Assembly: GCA_040751795.1 (NCBI GenBank)
Contig: JBFMHR010000005.1
Coordinates: 96,001 to 160,000 of the forward strand
Length of the DNA stretch: 64,000 nucleotides
Direction: 5' to 3'
From: Thermoplasmatota archaeon
Lineage (GTDB): Archaea; Thermoplasmatota; Thermoplasmata; UBA10834
Of the stretch, positions 18,987-29,529 are shown one piece after another (positions within the stretch are counted from its first letter, which is position 1; each line of letters starts with the position of its first letter). Under the pieces are notes generated by a model that searched no databases, was not told where the DNA came from, and saw only the letters and a program-made list of their open reading frames with translations. Both the position numbers and the translations under genes were made by a program.

Positions 18987-19441
18987 ATCCGCTTATCCTC
19001 CCTCGGGGTTCCGCTCTTGCCCCCGCTCGCTTTCCTTCGACCTACCATCTTGAGGAATACTTGTTTGTCCCTAATGTAGTCCTCGACCTTGTAGAAATCT
19101 GATGCAAGAACCAAGCAGACGGCTCCTGATGAGAAGTTGTCAAGTTTCCTCCATGTCATTGGTGGAATGTACAAACCGTAGTGAGCTCTGTTGAGGTGAA
19201 ACCGCTTGCGGTTCTTCCCATCTTCAAGTACGACATCGAAGCTGCCACTCATGGCAATCATCAGCTGCTCGAGTCTCCTATGCGCATGTTCTCCTCTTTC
19301 CTCTCCTCCTGGAACATCATAGAGATAGTATATTCGTTTGATGTCGAATGGGATATGACGCGTTGATTCTACAAATGTGAGATTGCCCTTTTCGTTTGCG
19401 ATTTTTGGGAGGCTCACAATCCTGCAATCGGCTAGCGACAT
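18983..19441 (-). CDS. dTDP-4-keto-6-deoxyglucose 3,4-ketoisomerase (FdtA/QdtA cupin)
   Basis: GNLTFVE..IPFDIKRIYYLYDVP, RGEHAH and CLVLAS..Y...DYIRD. SD GGTGAG before ATG 19441. Confidence 0.92.
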   Translation of the reverse strand: MSLADCRIVSLPKIANEKGNLTFVESTRHIPFDIKRIYYLYDVPGGEERGEHAHRRLEQLMIAMSGSFDVVLEDGKNRKRFHLNRAHYGLYIPPMTWRKLDNFSSGAVCLVLASDFYKVEDYIRDKQVFLKMVGRRKASGGKSGTPREDKRI

Positions 19442-19519
19442 AATCTCACCTTCTGCGCGCCAAATGCGGCTCAAACGACATTTGCATATCACCATACACT
19501 ACGTTTGCTGTTCCGCTAA

Positions 19520-21052
19520 CTATTGTCGAGGTATTCTGGGCGATATGGATCGTATGAAGCACCACAGCCTTGCTCTTTCCGTCTCATCTAGAATGGCTAT
19601 CACGAATATAAAGGATGCAGCGACCGATATCACACACTTCGGCCAGAATACAATCTCATCATTCCAGCAGAATACCGAGGCAATTGCGATGATACTCAGT
19701 CCTCCGAGCCAAGAACTCTTCAGGCGAGAATCAGAACGGAAGCCATGTCTTCTAATCAGATAAATGAATGCGAACGCGACGTACACGGAATTGACTACAA
19801 CGTACGAAATGCCCACGCCCTCAAGGGAACTCAAGACGTCCATTGCTCCCAAGGAAATGGTCAAGAACCCCATCGACGAACAGCACTCGAGGGCGAGGAA
19901 AGTTCGCACGTCTGCATACGCAAACATAGGCATTGCAAGAACCCATCCCGTCACCCTCATGTAGTCTCCCACGAGCATCCACCTAGTCATGCTCGTCGCC
20001 TCCAGGAACTCCCCTGAAAACAGGAGTGAGATCACGAATTGCTTTGCGGTAACGATGAATACGGCGATGGGCACAATAATCATGATAGAGATTCTGAGGT
20101 AATCTCTGATTAGCGAGAGTTTCTCGCCTTGAGCATTAGTCTTGCTGAGAGTCGGAAGGTAGTAAGTGCCGCACGATACAAGAATAGCACCAACATATGT
20201 CATACTTAGAGACCAAGCAGCATTGAAAACACCTGCCTTGTCCATCCCTCCATTTTGGATGATTGACAGCCGGACTATGAGCAGGACGAAGGATGAGAGG
20301 AGTGCCGTTGCCAGCGTTGTTCCAGCGAGCGAGACGAAGTGCCGGACCGACTCTTTGTCGAAAGACTCGCGGAGCCTGAGCACTAGCGGCTTGATCCATC
20401 CATTTCGCAAGGCCACGTAAAGATTCAAGACCAGACTCATCGAGGAAGTGGCAGTCATCAGCCAGACAAGCGCAAGAAGGTAGCCACTATCTGCAGCTAA
20501 GCACACCGGGTAGGCAATCGCTGCGTTAGTGCCTGCGACTACAATTTGGATTACGGCCATACGACCTATAGCACGGTATCCATTGAGGATACCTGCAAAG
20601 TACGTGGCAAATGCGTTCAGGGCCACCGGCAGTGAAAGGAAACGAACCAACCACACATTCACTGAATCGCCAGATCCCAGCACTGCAGGTGCAATCACTG
20701 GCGCCGTAATGACAAGCGCGAGAGCAGTCACGAACCCGCCAATGAGGAATATCAGAAAGATGGCACGGACATATCTCTCTCTCGCTGCCTTTTCCCTGCG
20801 GGCGATTCCCTGCACTAGCGCTGGTCCGCCCGCCAGAGTTGCCAGCAGTCCTGATGTTTGGCTCATTTGAATTAGCATTGAGTATAGGCCCACGCCTGCT
20901 GGGCCAAGAATCACCGCCATGATCTTTGATGAGGCCACGCCAAGAAGCGAGGAGACTGCGAATCCCCCGCTCGTTTTGGACATTGCCTTGAGGATGTCAC
21001 GCATATTCCAGGTCAGCTCCGAACGGACCTTCGAATGGCACTGGTCAGTCAC
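19520..21052 (-). CDS. Oligosaccharide flippase (Wzx/MOP family, WzxE-like)
   Basis: KIMAVILGPAGVG, 12-14 TM segments, YYLPTLS and LVGD. Confidence 0.85.
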   Translation of the reverse strand: MTDQCHSKVRSELTWNMRDILKAMSKTSGGFAVSSLLGVASSKIMAVILGPAGVGLYSMLIQMSQTSGLLATLAGGPALVQGIARREKAARERYVRAIFLIFLIGGFVTALALVITAPVIAPAVLGSGDSVNVWLVRFLSLPVALNAFATYFAGILNGYRAIGRMAVIQIVVAGTNAAIAYPVCLAADSGYLLALVWLMTATSSMSLVLNLYVALRNGWIKPLVLRLRESFDKESVRHFVSLAGTTLATALLSSFVLLIVRLSIIQNGGMDKAGVFNAAWSLSMTYVGAILVSCGTYYLPTLSKTNAQGEKLSLIRDYLRISIMIIVPIAVFIVTAKQFVISLLFSGEFLEATSMTRWMLVGDYMRVTGWVLAMPMFAYADVRTFLALECCSSMGFLTISLGAMDVLSSLEGVGISYVVVNSVYVAFAFIYLIRRHGFRSDSRLKSSWLGGLSIIAIASVFCWNDEIVFWPKCVISVAASFIFVIAILDETERARLWCFIRSISPRIPRQ

Positions 21053-21429
21053 GTCTCAGCGCTCATGCGCCACCTGGTAGAGAAAGCCCTCTAGGTTCAT
21101 CTTGGTTTCGCACTCATTTGGCACATCAACCGCATTGAGGGGAATCGGTTTCATAGGATTCAATTGGCTATGCATCATCTCTCGTTCAGCGGTAGAGGGA
21201 TGGCCACACCTTTCGAGTGGTCACATGGCATGCTTCGCGCGTTGAGCATGGGATTCCTCTTTTCAGTCAATTGCGAAGGTATTTGCGTTTTCAAACGCAA
21301 TTATGACGTCGGCCCTGGTACAGCACTCTATCCGACACTATGATGGGTAGCTGAACCATTTGCTATCAATTCTTGTGCAAGAATATTAATGTGCGGTCCA
21401 AGCCATTTGCCAATTGGCAGACAGGTCAG

Positions 21430-22370
21430 CAGGTCGGTTGCCACGGAAATCGTATTGCCTCGTGGGATAGTCAACTCTTCCGGATAGACGAGCACGGACA
21501 CGTTTCCCTAGATTCCGACGAACTGTCCATCGACTTCGAACGCTATGACGATGTTGCGATCCAAGGTCTCCACCTGGCCATGATCACCATCAGGAGGTAT
21601 GCTGATGAGTTCCCATTCTGGCAGAGGCGGAAGAGGGTGGGCAGACCAGGGACGGACGAGCGCACTCTGCGGATAGTTCTCATGCTCCAGCAGCTCATCG
21701 GCCTCTCCTTCCGGGAGGCTGATGGCACCCTGTCTTTGGCCTGAGAGTACTAATGGATCGGACACGTGCTCGTCCATTCGACGATGTCCAGGACGCTCTC
21801 GCCCATGAGGTGGTCCACGATCCCGGACAGGTTCTTCGAGCATCTCATCACACCCCTGCCGGAACGCGATGCGGTCGTGGTCTCTGATGCTGCGGACTGC
21901 AGCGACAGGTGACGTGCCTGGCGCGTCATGGAGAGTTGGTGCAAAGCTGTGTGCTCATTGAAATGGACAGGTTCGCCATGCTGTCGTTCGGGTTCACCAA
22001 CTCGAACATACACGAGAGCCAGGTGTTCGAGACAGTTTGGAGCGCTCTCCCAAGCAACGTCGTCCCGATGCAGAGCCTCGCCGACTCCAGCTACGTGGGG
22101 AATGACTGACTGGCTGTTGCCAGGCTGCGCGGGAAGACTTCGCTCCACAAAATCAAGAGGCACTCGAAGAGCTGCGAGGATCCGGAGATGTCTTACGAGA
22201 AGCTGGTGAACTTCGCGCACCGCTAGCCGAACCGGAGCCATGTCGGAATCGTGTTTAGCATGGTCGACAGCCCGCTTGGTTATCCATTGAGTTGTCGGAC
22301 AAGGAGAGGGCGAAGAAACGACGTGAGGACGAAGTACTGCTTGCTAGACATGGTTCAGATGGCCATGATG
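21430..22370 (+). pseudogene. Degraded DDE transposase (IS5/IS4-like)
   Basis: Fragments across frames: RKRVGRP..LQQLIGLSFRE, SN.HES..F, LADSSY and ES.FS. Multiple stops and frameshifts. Ends approximate. Confidence 0.6.
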
Positions 22371-22382
22371 CCTGGGTTCTGG

Positions 22383-23294
22383 TCAGCGTATTTTTCCAGC
22401 AAGACCCACAATGATCTTAGGGATGTGAATTGGCATTGCCATGGGGTCAAGCTTGAGCGCTTCGCATATTTCGTAGAATGCCTTCCTTCTGTTGCCAAGG
22501 CGTAGACACCCACCACCAATTTCAGCATGTATTCTCGCTATCTCTTCTCTGGATATCTCATTCTTGCACTCCTTCAACAGCCATTCTTTGAGCTTAACGC
22601 CGTCACTTAGCCAGCTGAGACCGTCTCGACTTACTGTATTTTGCCCATGCAGTCGATAGTATGCAAGTGGTTCCTCTAAGAAGTAGTACGAGTGCCTTCT
22701 TGCCAGACTAAGTTCGAACTTGTAGTCATTCAAGAACTTAAGTTCCTCATCATACATTACGCTCAATGCGCTTTCTCGCTTCAGTATTCGACTCGAGCCG
22801 AAGATGAAATTGCCTTTCAGAAGATCTTCGAAGATGCGCCCACTCTTCGGTTTGCCTTGCGAATTGTGAATGCGAGTGAAGGTTTGTCCAGTCAACTTGC
22901 CAGCTGCATCGATTATCTCGCCTTCTGACCACACAATCAACGTATCATCAGATTCGAGCACAGCGAGCTGCTTTTCGAGTTTGTCACTCTTCCAGACATC
23001 ATCAGATGCAATGAACGCTAGAAATTCTCCGTCAGCGTTCTTCATGCCATCGTTGAGTGTTCTTGCTATGCCCAGGTTGTTGGTGTGAAACACAGCTCGA
23101 ATCCTGTCGTCCCAGGCAACTGCCTGTTCAATCAACTCTCGGGATCCGTCCTGAGATCCATCGTCAACAATCAATAGCTCTAGACCACGAACACTTTGCG
23201 AGAGAACACTCTCTATTGCAGTTCGAATGTAGGGCAAGTGATTGTATGATGACATTATGACACTGACTCTAGGCAGGGTTCTCATCTCCATCAT
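22383..23294 (-). CDS. Glycosyltransferase family 2
   Basis: VSVIMSSYNH, IVDDGSQDGS and ASDDVW. Confidence 0.93.
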   Translation of the reverse strand: MMEMRTLPRVSVIMSSYNHLPYIRTAIESVLSQSVRGLELLIVDDGSQDGSRELIEQAVAWDDRIRAVFHTNNLGIARTLNDGMKNADGEFLAFIASDDVWKSDKLEKQLAVLESDDTLIVWSEGEIIDAAGKLTGQTFTRIHNSQGKPKSGRIFEDLLKGNFIFGSSRILKRESALSVMYDEELKFLNDYKFELSLARRHSYYFLEEPLAYYRLHGQNTVSRDGLSWLSDGVKLKEWLLKECKNEISREEIARIHAEIGGGCLRLGNRRKAFYEICEALKLDPMAMPIHIPKIIVGLAGKIR

Positions 23295-23396
23295 GCATCA
23301 TCTTTCGTGACCCGATCTTCTTTTAGTGAACGCTATTTGAGTATAGAAACCTCGCACAAGTGTCACAGACAACTGAGAATTGATATCTCTATTCAG

Positions 23397-24458
23397 GATT
23401 CAGTAGTTCGTGATCACCACCACTTTGAGCCAGCGGCACTTCTTTCAGAGGGACTTCGACATCCCTTATGAACTAGTACTCACTCTCGAGGATGTACTGG
23501 CGCATGGCCAAGAACTTCGGGTGGGAGAGGAAATCATCGTGGGCCGTCCTCCCTCCTGGTCCCCTCCTCGCGGTGGGGAGGGTCGTCCACTTCCATTCCG
23601 CCCATGCATTCACGAGGGGTATCTTTCCTCTTCCCGTGCACTATCGCTAGCATTAAGAGCCGGATATCCTTCGCCTGGGGTATCGGATGATGTCTGCTGT
23701 GAAGAACGCACGGTTAAGCTAGAGGCACTTGAACTCGATGCCCTAGCCGTCGACGAGACGGATGACATCCTTGATGACGGCCAGCTTCCCGTTCGAACTC
23801 TTGACGAACGCTAGCGCGGCCGTCCCCCCTCTTCCCCGAGAGGACCGTATAGGCGGTCGCATAGGCGTGGAACCAGGTGGTGCCCGGCTTCGGTCTACCT
23901 CTCACGACCTTGTCTTTCTTCCCCTTGGGTCTCCCGTGGTACGGGATGAGCATATTGTCGATGGCGATTTTTAGGAGGCGTTTCGGGAGGAAGCCGGCCG
24001 CCTGTTCCACCGAGAGACGGTTCGCGTGCTTGCGCAATAGTCTGAGCGTGGGGCTGCGAAGGCGGTATCGAATCACACCATCGCGAGGAGAGGGTTCATG
24101 CTCCTGGCATTTCCTGCTCGTAGATATCTTACTGGACGCGGCGAGCGCGAGCTCGCTCGCCATGTCCATCGGGGAGTGCATTCATTGGAGCCGCCTGCCA
24201 AGAGACTCTGGGATTCAGAACACGGCTATCTTGATGATCTCCTCAGCGGAGACTCCCTGCCGGCGGTTCCGGAGGCAATAGTCATTTGCTACACAAGCTC
24301 ATGCGCCTTCGGAGCCATCCAGGGGTCTGCCATCCCATCCTTGACTCTTGTTCACCAAACACTGGCACGGGAGAGATGGCTCCTCGTTGCTCCTGAGAGG
24401 ACAATATTGTCAGCAGAAGCCATTTGCGTCCAGAACCGACTTTGCCAACTACTGAATC
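23397..24458 (-). mobile_element. ISH3-family insertion sequence, internally degraded
   Basis: Perfect 12-bp IR gattcagtagtt (23397-23408) / aactactgaatc (24447-24458). Transposase fragment AIDNMLIPYHG...GTTWFHAYAT, frameshifted. Confidence 0.8.
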
Positions 24459-24748
24459 TAGGCAATGATATCTGGACGTTTCCACTGGCTCATCTCTATA
24501 ATGATATGCACCCGCCATGCAATAGGTGTATGGAGGGATCCGTTGTTGAGGATGGGGCGGTGATCGGCTCAGGGGCAATCATACTGCCGAAGGTTCACGC
24601 CGGTGAGGACGCCGTTGTGGCAGCGGATTCGATAGTGACCAAGGACGTCCATGGCAGCATGCTAGTAATGGGAGTTCCAGCAAGGGTTGTTGCGGAAGTG
24701 GGTGACGTCAGATGTGCTGTGGACAATGTTGCCAGACCGTACCCATAG
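24455..24748 (+). pseudogene. C-terminal half of a hexapeptide N-acyltransferase, truncated by the IS
   Basis: NDMHPP...VEDGAVIGSGAIILP...IVTKDV...GVPARVV starts right at the IS end, and no N-terminal half is seen. Confidence 0.7.
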
Positions 24749-24871
24749 AGGAATAGAGGAGTCTGGGTACGGTAGCTGCAGGATTCTTGCCTCTGGTTAC
24801 AGGTAGCTAGCTATTGACATTGGAGAAACGCTGATGTAGCGGTGCTCATATACGCCGATTAGGTAACTGGT

Positions 24872-25834
24872 TTGCGAGAAGATAGGAATCATTCGAGTTA
24901 TGAAGAGATGATTGAACAAGAAGCGGCGTTTTGGGCCGGCCAAGCCGAAGATGCTGCCATGAAAGGGTTCTCTCCTGATCTCGAGAAACCATTTGCGGCC
25001 ACTACTGTCCAGGCTATTTGGGACGATTCTGAGCTCGATTTCATGATTAGGGGGAAATACATTGATAGGATTTTGGATTATTGCTCAGGCAGACCACAAC
25101 TTGATTGTCTGGAACTCTGTTGTGGGACAGGCATGCTTGCACTTGGCGTTTCAAGGCGAGGGGCAAGGGTAATCGGCATTGACGTGTCACCACGAGTTAT
25201 CGAAATCGCTGAGACGTATGCTCGAGACTCAGGCATCCCCCCTGAGAGATTGGAGTACCACGTCTGTGACCTTAACCGAGTGTCCTTGCCTGAAGAGAGG
25301 TTTGATGTCGTTTTCGCCTGGGATGGTCTTCATCATATAGCAGAGATCGAGCACCTCGTTAGTGAGGTCAGGAAGACTCTCAGAGATGGAGGGGTATTCG
25401 TCGTCCACGACCATGCGAAGGGTGATTCTAGGATAGGAGACATTGTGCTGCAGGGACTGGCGGCAATATTGGGTCTGATTGTTCCTACGGATTCTAGCTT
25501 CCTAGCTAAGCTAAAGATGGTCTTCAAACGCGCCTCTCCAATGACAGCCCCCACCTCTGTTGACAATCATAGGCTTCTTGATTCCCCATTTGAGGATGTC
25601 TCAGGGGAGGGTATAGTAGAGAGTATTACCGAGAATTTCAGAATCCTGGAATTCGAGAGGTATCTCTCATTGCCCGGGACTCTATACGCTAGGGTCTGGC
25701 GGAACCCCAAGACCCGAACGCGGACTATCGGCGCACTTATGGCGTTTGATAGACTGCTATGTGGCTTACACATTCTTCATCCTGAGTACTTCTTCATCAT
25801 GGCAAAGAAAGAGACTGTACATAGTGATGACTAG
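24872..25834 (+). CDS. Class I SAM-dependent methyltransferase
   Basis: LELCCGTG, IGIDVS, FDVV...LHHI and LRDGG. Confidence 0.85.
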   Translation: MREDRNHSSYEEMIEQEAAFWAGQAEDAAMKGFSPDLEKPFAATTVQAIWDDSELDFMIRGKYIDRILDYCSGRPQLDCLELCCGTGMLALGVSRRGARVIGIDVSPRVIEIAETYARDSGIPPERLEYHVCDLNRVSLPEERFDVVFAWDGLHHIAEIEHLVSEVRKTLRDGGVFVVHDHAKGDSRIGDIVLQGLAAILGLIVPTDSSFLAKLKMVFKRASPMTAPTSVDNHRLLDSPFEDVSGEGIVESITENFRILEFERYLSLPGTLYARVWRNPKTRTRTIGALMAFDRLLCGLHILHPEYFFIMAKKETVHSDD

Positions 25835-26187
25835 ACACATCCCTCTCTCAAGGCAAAGCGGGGACACAGTTATCAGCGCGAAAGCGAACTCGCTAATGGC
25901 CAATTAGGCAAAAGTGAGAAGGTGATTCCCCGTTCGCATATCCGCGCGAAGGAATGGTCTGCGATTTGAGGAATGCCAGAGGCTGTGCATGAGAGTCACA
26001 GAGGAATTGGGCGAGATACATCGACCTGGGTATGTGCAGTCACTATCTGCCAAGGATCATGTTCCTCTGCCATTGATTCGAGATTAAGCACGAATGAGCT
26101 CATTTCCATCGATATCGCTGTGCTTCTCTCTGCAGCAGCGCGTTAGTATCATTGAAATATCGCCGATGGTAATATGCTGCTGCGACA

Positions 26188-27447
26188 ATGAAGATTGCCC
26201 AGATATCAATGATCAATGGCGCGATAACCGAAGGAAACGTGATGCGAGTTTCGGGACTCTCCCAGGGCCTTCATGACCTCGGACACTCAGTTCTAGTTGT
26301 CTGCAAGTTGAATTCGAAGAGACTGGTCGGTGGTTTTGAGAAGGCCGATGCTCCTCTTCTGAAGTCATTGGTTTGGCTATATGGTCCGAGGTCTCCTGTT
26401 GAGACTGTGGCGAGCAGGAGTCCGTATGCGAGATTGGCGGCGTATAGACTTCTGTCGCCCTTACCCTATGCCAACATGAGGGTTACTGACACATGTTCCG
26501 TCTTGCACTGTCATCTTCTCGGAGTTGCCTCGCTAATGCTGAGAAAGAGGAGACAGGGGCAGAAGGTATTGCTCGACTTCCATGGAATGCTGATGCTTAC
26601 TGACACATCAGGTACCCCCATAGCTGATACGCGAGGTACCCCTGTGGACTCCCTTGATGATGAATCTCGGTTGAGAGCTCTCAAATGGCAATCTCAGGTA
26701 TTCGAAGAAGTGGATGGAGTCTCTTTTGTAACCGCTGCTCTCCGTGATAAGATAACACCGTTGTATGACATCGATCCAGGAAAGACATATGTCATACCGG
26801 ATGGAGTGAATTTCCGTCGAATATCTCGGGATTGGCAGAACAGCGATATCCTCAGATTGCGGCAATCATGGGGGAAACCATCCGATGTCGTCGTCATGTA
26901 TGTCGGAGCGCTGGATTCGCTCCATGGGGCATCATATCTCGAGAAGGTTATCCGCGAGTTGTTGGGGAATTCTAGGGTAAGCACTTCCGTGAGGGTTGTT
27001 TTGATTGGCGGAGGTGTTCTCTCGCATTTGTTTGCAGACCTCCAAAGAGGGTTTGGAGATCGATTCGTCCGCATTCGTCGCGTTTCCTATGAGATGTTGC
27101 CCACATATCTAGCAAGTGCTGATATACTCCTTGTGCCCCATGCGAGGAATATGCTAATGGAGAATATCGAATCTGGAAAACTTCTCAACTATCTCGCCAG
27201 TGGAAAGCCCACGGTGGTGACGTCGCTCGCATCAGTCTCAGATTTCCTGGAGGACAATGTGTCATGCATCATGTGTCATCCGGATCATCCGTCTACTATG
27301 GTATCAGGAATCGAGCGCCTTGTAGATTCTCCTGAACTTAGACAGGCGATAGGCAAGCGGGGAGCTGAAGTCGTGGAGAGAGGACGTGATTGGTCATTTG
27401 TGGCCCAAGGAGCATTGCAGGTCTACCATGATTTGACCAGACCATAG
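26188..27447 (+). CDS. Glycosyltransferase family 4
   Basis: VIPDGV, MYVGAL and KLLNYLASGKPTV. Confidence 0.85.
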   Translation: MKIAQISMINGAITEGNVMRVSGLSQGLHDLGHSVLVVCKLNSKRLVGGFEKADAPLLKSLVWLYGPRSPVETVASRSPYARLAAYRLLSPLPYANMRVTDTCSVLHCHLLGVASLMLRKRRQGQKVLLDFHGMLMLTDTSGTPIADTRGTPVDSLDDESRLRALKWQSQVFEEVDGVSFVTAALRDKITPLYDIDPGKTYVIPDGVNFRRISRDWQNSDILRLRQSWGKPSDVVVMYVGALDSLHGASYLEKVIRELLGNSRVSTSVRVVLIGGGVLSHLFADLQRGFGDRFVRIRRVSYEMLPTYLASADILLVPHARNMLMENIESGKLLNYLASGKPTVVTSLASVSDFLEDNVSCIMCHPDHPSTMVSGIERLVDSPELRQAIGKRGAEVVERGRDWSFVAQGALQVYHDLTRP

Positions 27448-27657
27448 ATCTCATGCTTCCTGGTAGATTACGGTTCATATACGGCGACGAATGGCTAGAT
27501 GGGCGTCGGCTGCTCTGGAGTTGCCCAAATTCGATGAGTGAAGACGGGTCTCTAGTAATCAATTTCCTACCCATCTTCAAATGAACAGATTCGTCTAAAT
27601 ACATGCATGTGATACTGAGTGCCTGCCTTTGCCGCAGTGCCATCAGTTTGGGTTACT

Positions 27658-29379
27658 ATGGTGACTCTATCTAAGAAGACCGTGTTTCTTGCCCTTCTCG
27701 CACTTGTTGTTCTCTCATTAGCACTTCGTTATCCCCTTTTGGACCATGAGCGACAGCAATCAGACTCCTATTTCATACATGGTCTAGCGAACCTGATTGC
27801 CGTCAACGGCAGGGCAGAATGGACGATACACCCCCTCTCCTACTTCGGCTATTATCCGTTGTCATACCCTTCAGGAGCCCCGTTTCTGCTATCCGAATCC
27901 GCGATGATGGCTGGAATCCCTTTGGAGGCAGCGGTATTGATGATGGGCATGATTCTAGGCATTGTGCAATGCCTAGCATCGTTCTGCTTTCTGCGACTAT
28001 TCATCGTGCGCCCTGAGTTTGTATTGCTCGGCACTTTCCTGTGCGTGGTCTCTTCTAGGTTAGTAGATGTGACCTATTGGACGGCTACTGCACGAGGTCC
28101 ATTCGCTGTCCTCATGCTGGTCACAATTGCCTTCTTAATTGAAGCAGGTAGGAGGGCAGATTTCAGATTGATGTCTGTGGGTTCATTGTTAGTGATATCC
28201 TGCGTGTCCTTGCACCACATGGCCATATTCCTCGTCTTATTCGCACTGGCACAGATAGTGGTTTCCCTAGGATATGAGCACTTCAGCCATTATGGATACA
28301 AAGGCCGACTGTCTTTGCCCATGTACTATGGGATGATTGCTGGCGCAGTCATTCTCACCGGCTTCGGAATCTGGACCTATCTCGGGTCGAGAGCTATTAG
28401 CAGTCTCGGAAGCACGACGTGGTTCGACTTCACGCCTCGGTTTCTTTCGGTCATGGTCAACGCGCTGGCTGTCTACTCTAGCCAGATAGGGTTTATAGTC
28501 CCTCTTGCCTTCCTCGGGATCCCGTATTTGCTGCGTAAGCGCCAGGGGGATCTGAGGATGATGTTCCTACTCGCAGTTCTCATCTTCTTCATTCCCTTCA
28601 TCGGGTACCAGCTGTATGTAGCGATAATAATCGCTCCCTACCTCATTGCACTCGGCATCATCTGGCTCTATTCGTTCAGTCGTCAGAACAGATGGAGAAA
28701 CCTGGCCGTTCCCCTGATTGTGATACTAGTCGCCTCCTCTCTTGTGCTCCCCCCATTGATGATTGACCGATGGAACGAGAAGGAATACGTAGAAGGGGAC
28801 AAGGTCGTTGTGGACCCCGATGTGTTCAATATTGCGACCTACTGCGAGGTGAATTATGGATCTGATCCATCAATATCGAACGCAGCAATCATGAAGGGAT
28901 TGATAGGGACGATTGCCGGAGTCCCATTTTCAGGTCCAGGGCTATCGTCGCTGCTGAATGGCGACATCACACCGGAAGAGGTACGCTCTAGAATTGAACC
29001 CACGAGCGGATTTACCCCCGACTCTATGTATATATGGTTCAGGTATGAGGAGAGTCTCTTCGTTGGCTACTTCGAGGTGGGGTTGATGACGCAAGGGATT
29101 GAAGCCTTCTATAGCGCGAGTTATCTTCTGGATTTCGAGTCCCGCGAGTATCTCGTGAATCACTCTCGTCTGGTCGTGTATGTTGACAACAACTGGCCTA
29201 GTAGCTACTCAACGATCTATGCGGATAGGCCCGCTGTCTTCCTGTCGGAACTCCAGAAGTCGCAGAGCGAGTCAGAATACTCCGTTGGATTCGGATCCAT
29301 GGGCTTTGCGTCGTATATGACCTACGCAACCCATCGGTCATCAGTCTATATTGTGCAGTTGCCTCCTGCCTCCTGGTGA
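27658..29379 (+). CDS. Multi-pass membrane protein, GT-C-like
   Basis: TM1, then loop HERQQSDSYFIH...HPLSYFGYYPLSYPSG, about 11 TMs and a soluble C-terminal domain. Confidence 0.65.
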   Translation: MVTLSKKTVFLALLALVVLSLALRYPLLDHERQQSDSYFIHGLANLIAVNGRAEWTIHPLSYFGYYPLSYPSGAPFLLSESAMMAGIPLEAAVLMMGMILGIVQCLASFCFLRLFIVRPEFVLLGTFLCVVSSRLVDVTYWTATARGPFAVLMLVTIAFLIEAGRRADFRLMSVGSLLVISCVSLHHMAIFLVLFALAQIVVSLGYEHFSHYGYKGRLSLPMYYGMIAGAVILTGFGIWTYLGSRAISSLGSTTWFDFTPRFLSVMVNALAVYSSQIGFIVPLAFLGIPYLLRKRQGDLRMMFLLAVLIFFIPFIGYQLYVAIIIAPYLIALGIIWLYSFSRQNRWRNLAVPLIVILVASSLVLPPLMIDRWNEKEYVEGDKVVVDPDVFNIATYCEVNYGSDPSISNAAIMKGLIGTIAGVPFSGPGLSSLLNGDITPEEVRSRIEPTSGFTPDSMYIWFRYEESLFVGYFEVGLMTQGIEAFYSASYLLDFESREYLVNHSRLVVYVDNNWPSSYSTIYADRPAVFLSELQKSQSESEYSVGFGSMGFASYMTYATHRSSVYIVQLPPASW

Positions 29380-29529
29380 CCGCACCCTCCTGAGCGGCGC
29401 AATTCTGTCCAACGACTCACAGGCCTATGCTATGACGGGAGAAGCATCTCTGATGTCCTTCTGTGAGAGGATATTCGCGAGCAGCAGGAACACTGCTACA
29501 GAGATTGCGCACCTCATCTTCGTTAGTCC

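Noticed and set aside
24098-24454. 216-aa ORF as a full-length acyltransferase
   Set aside because: Its N-terminal part is read through IS sequence, and homology starts only after the IR.
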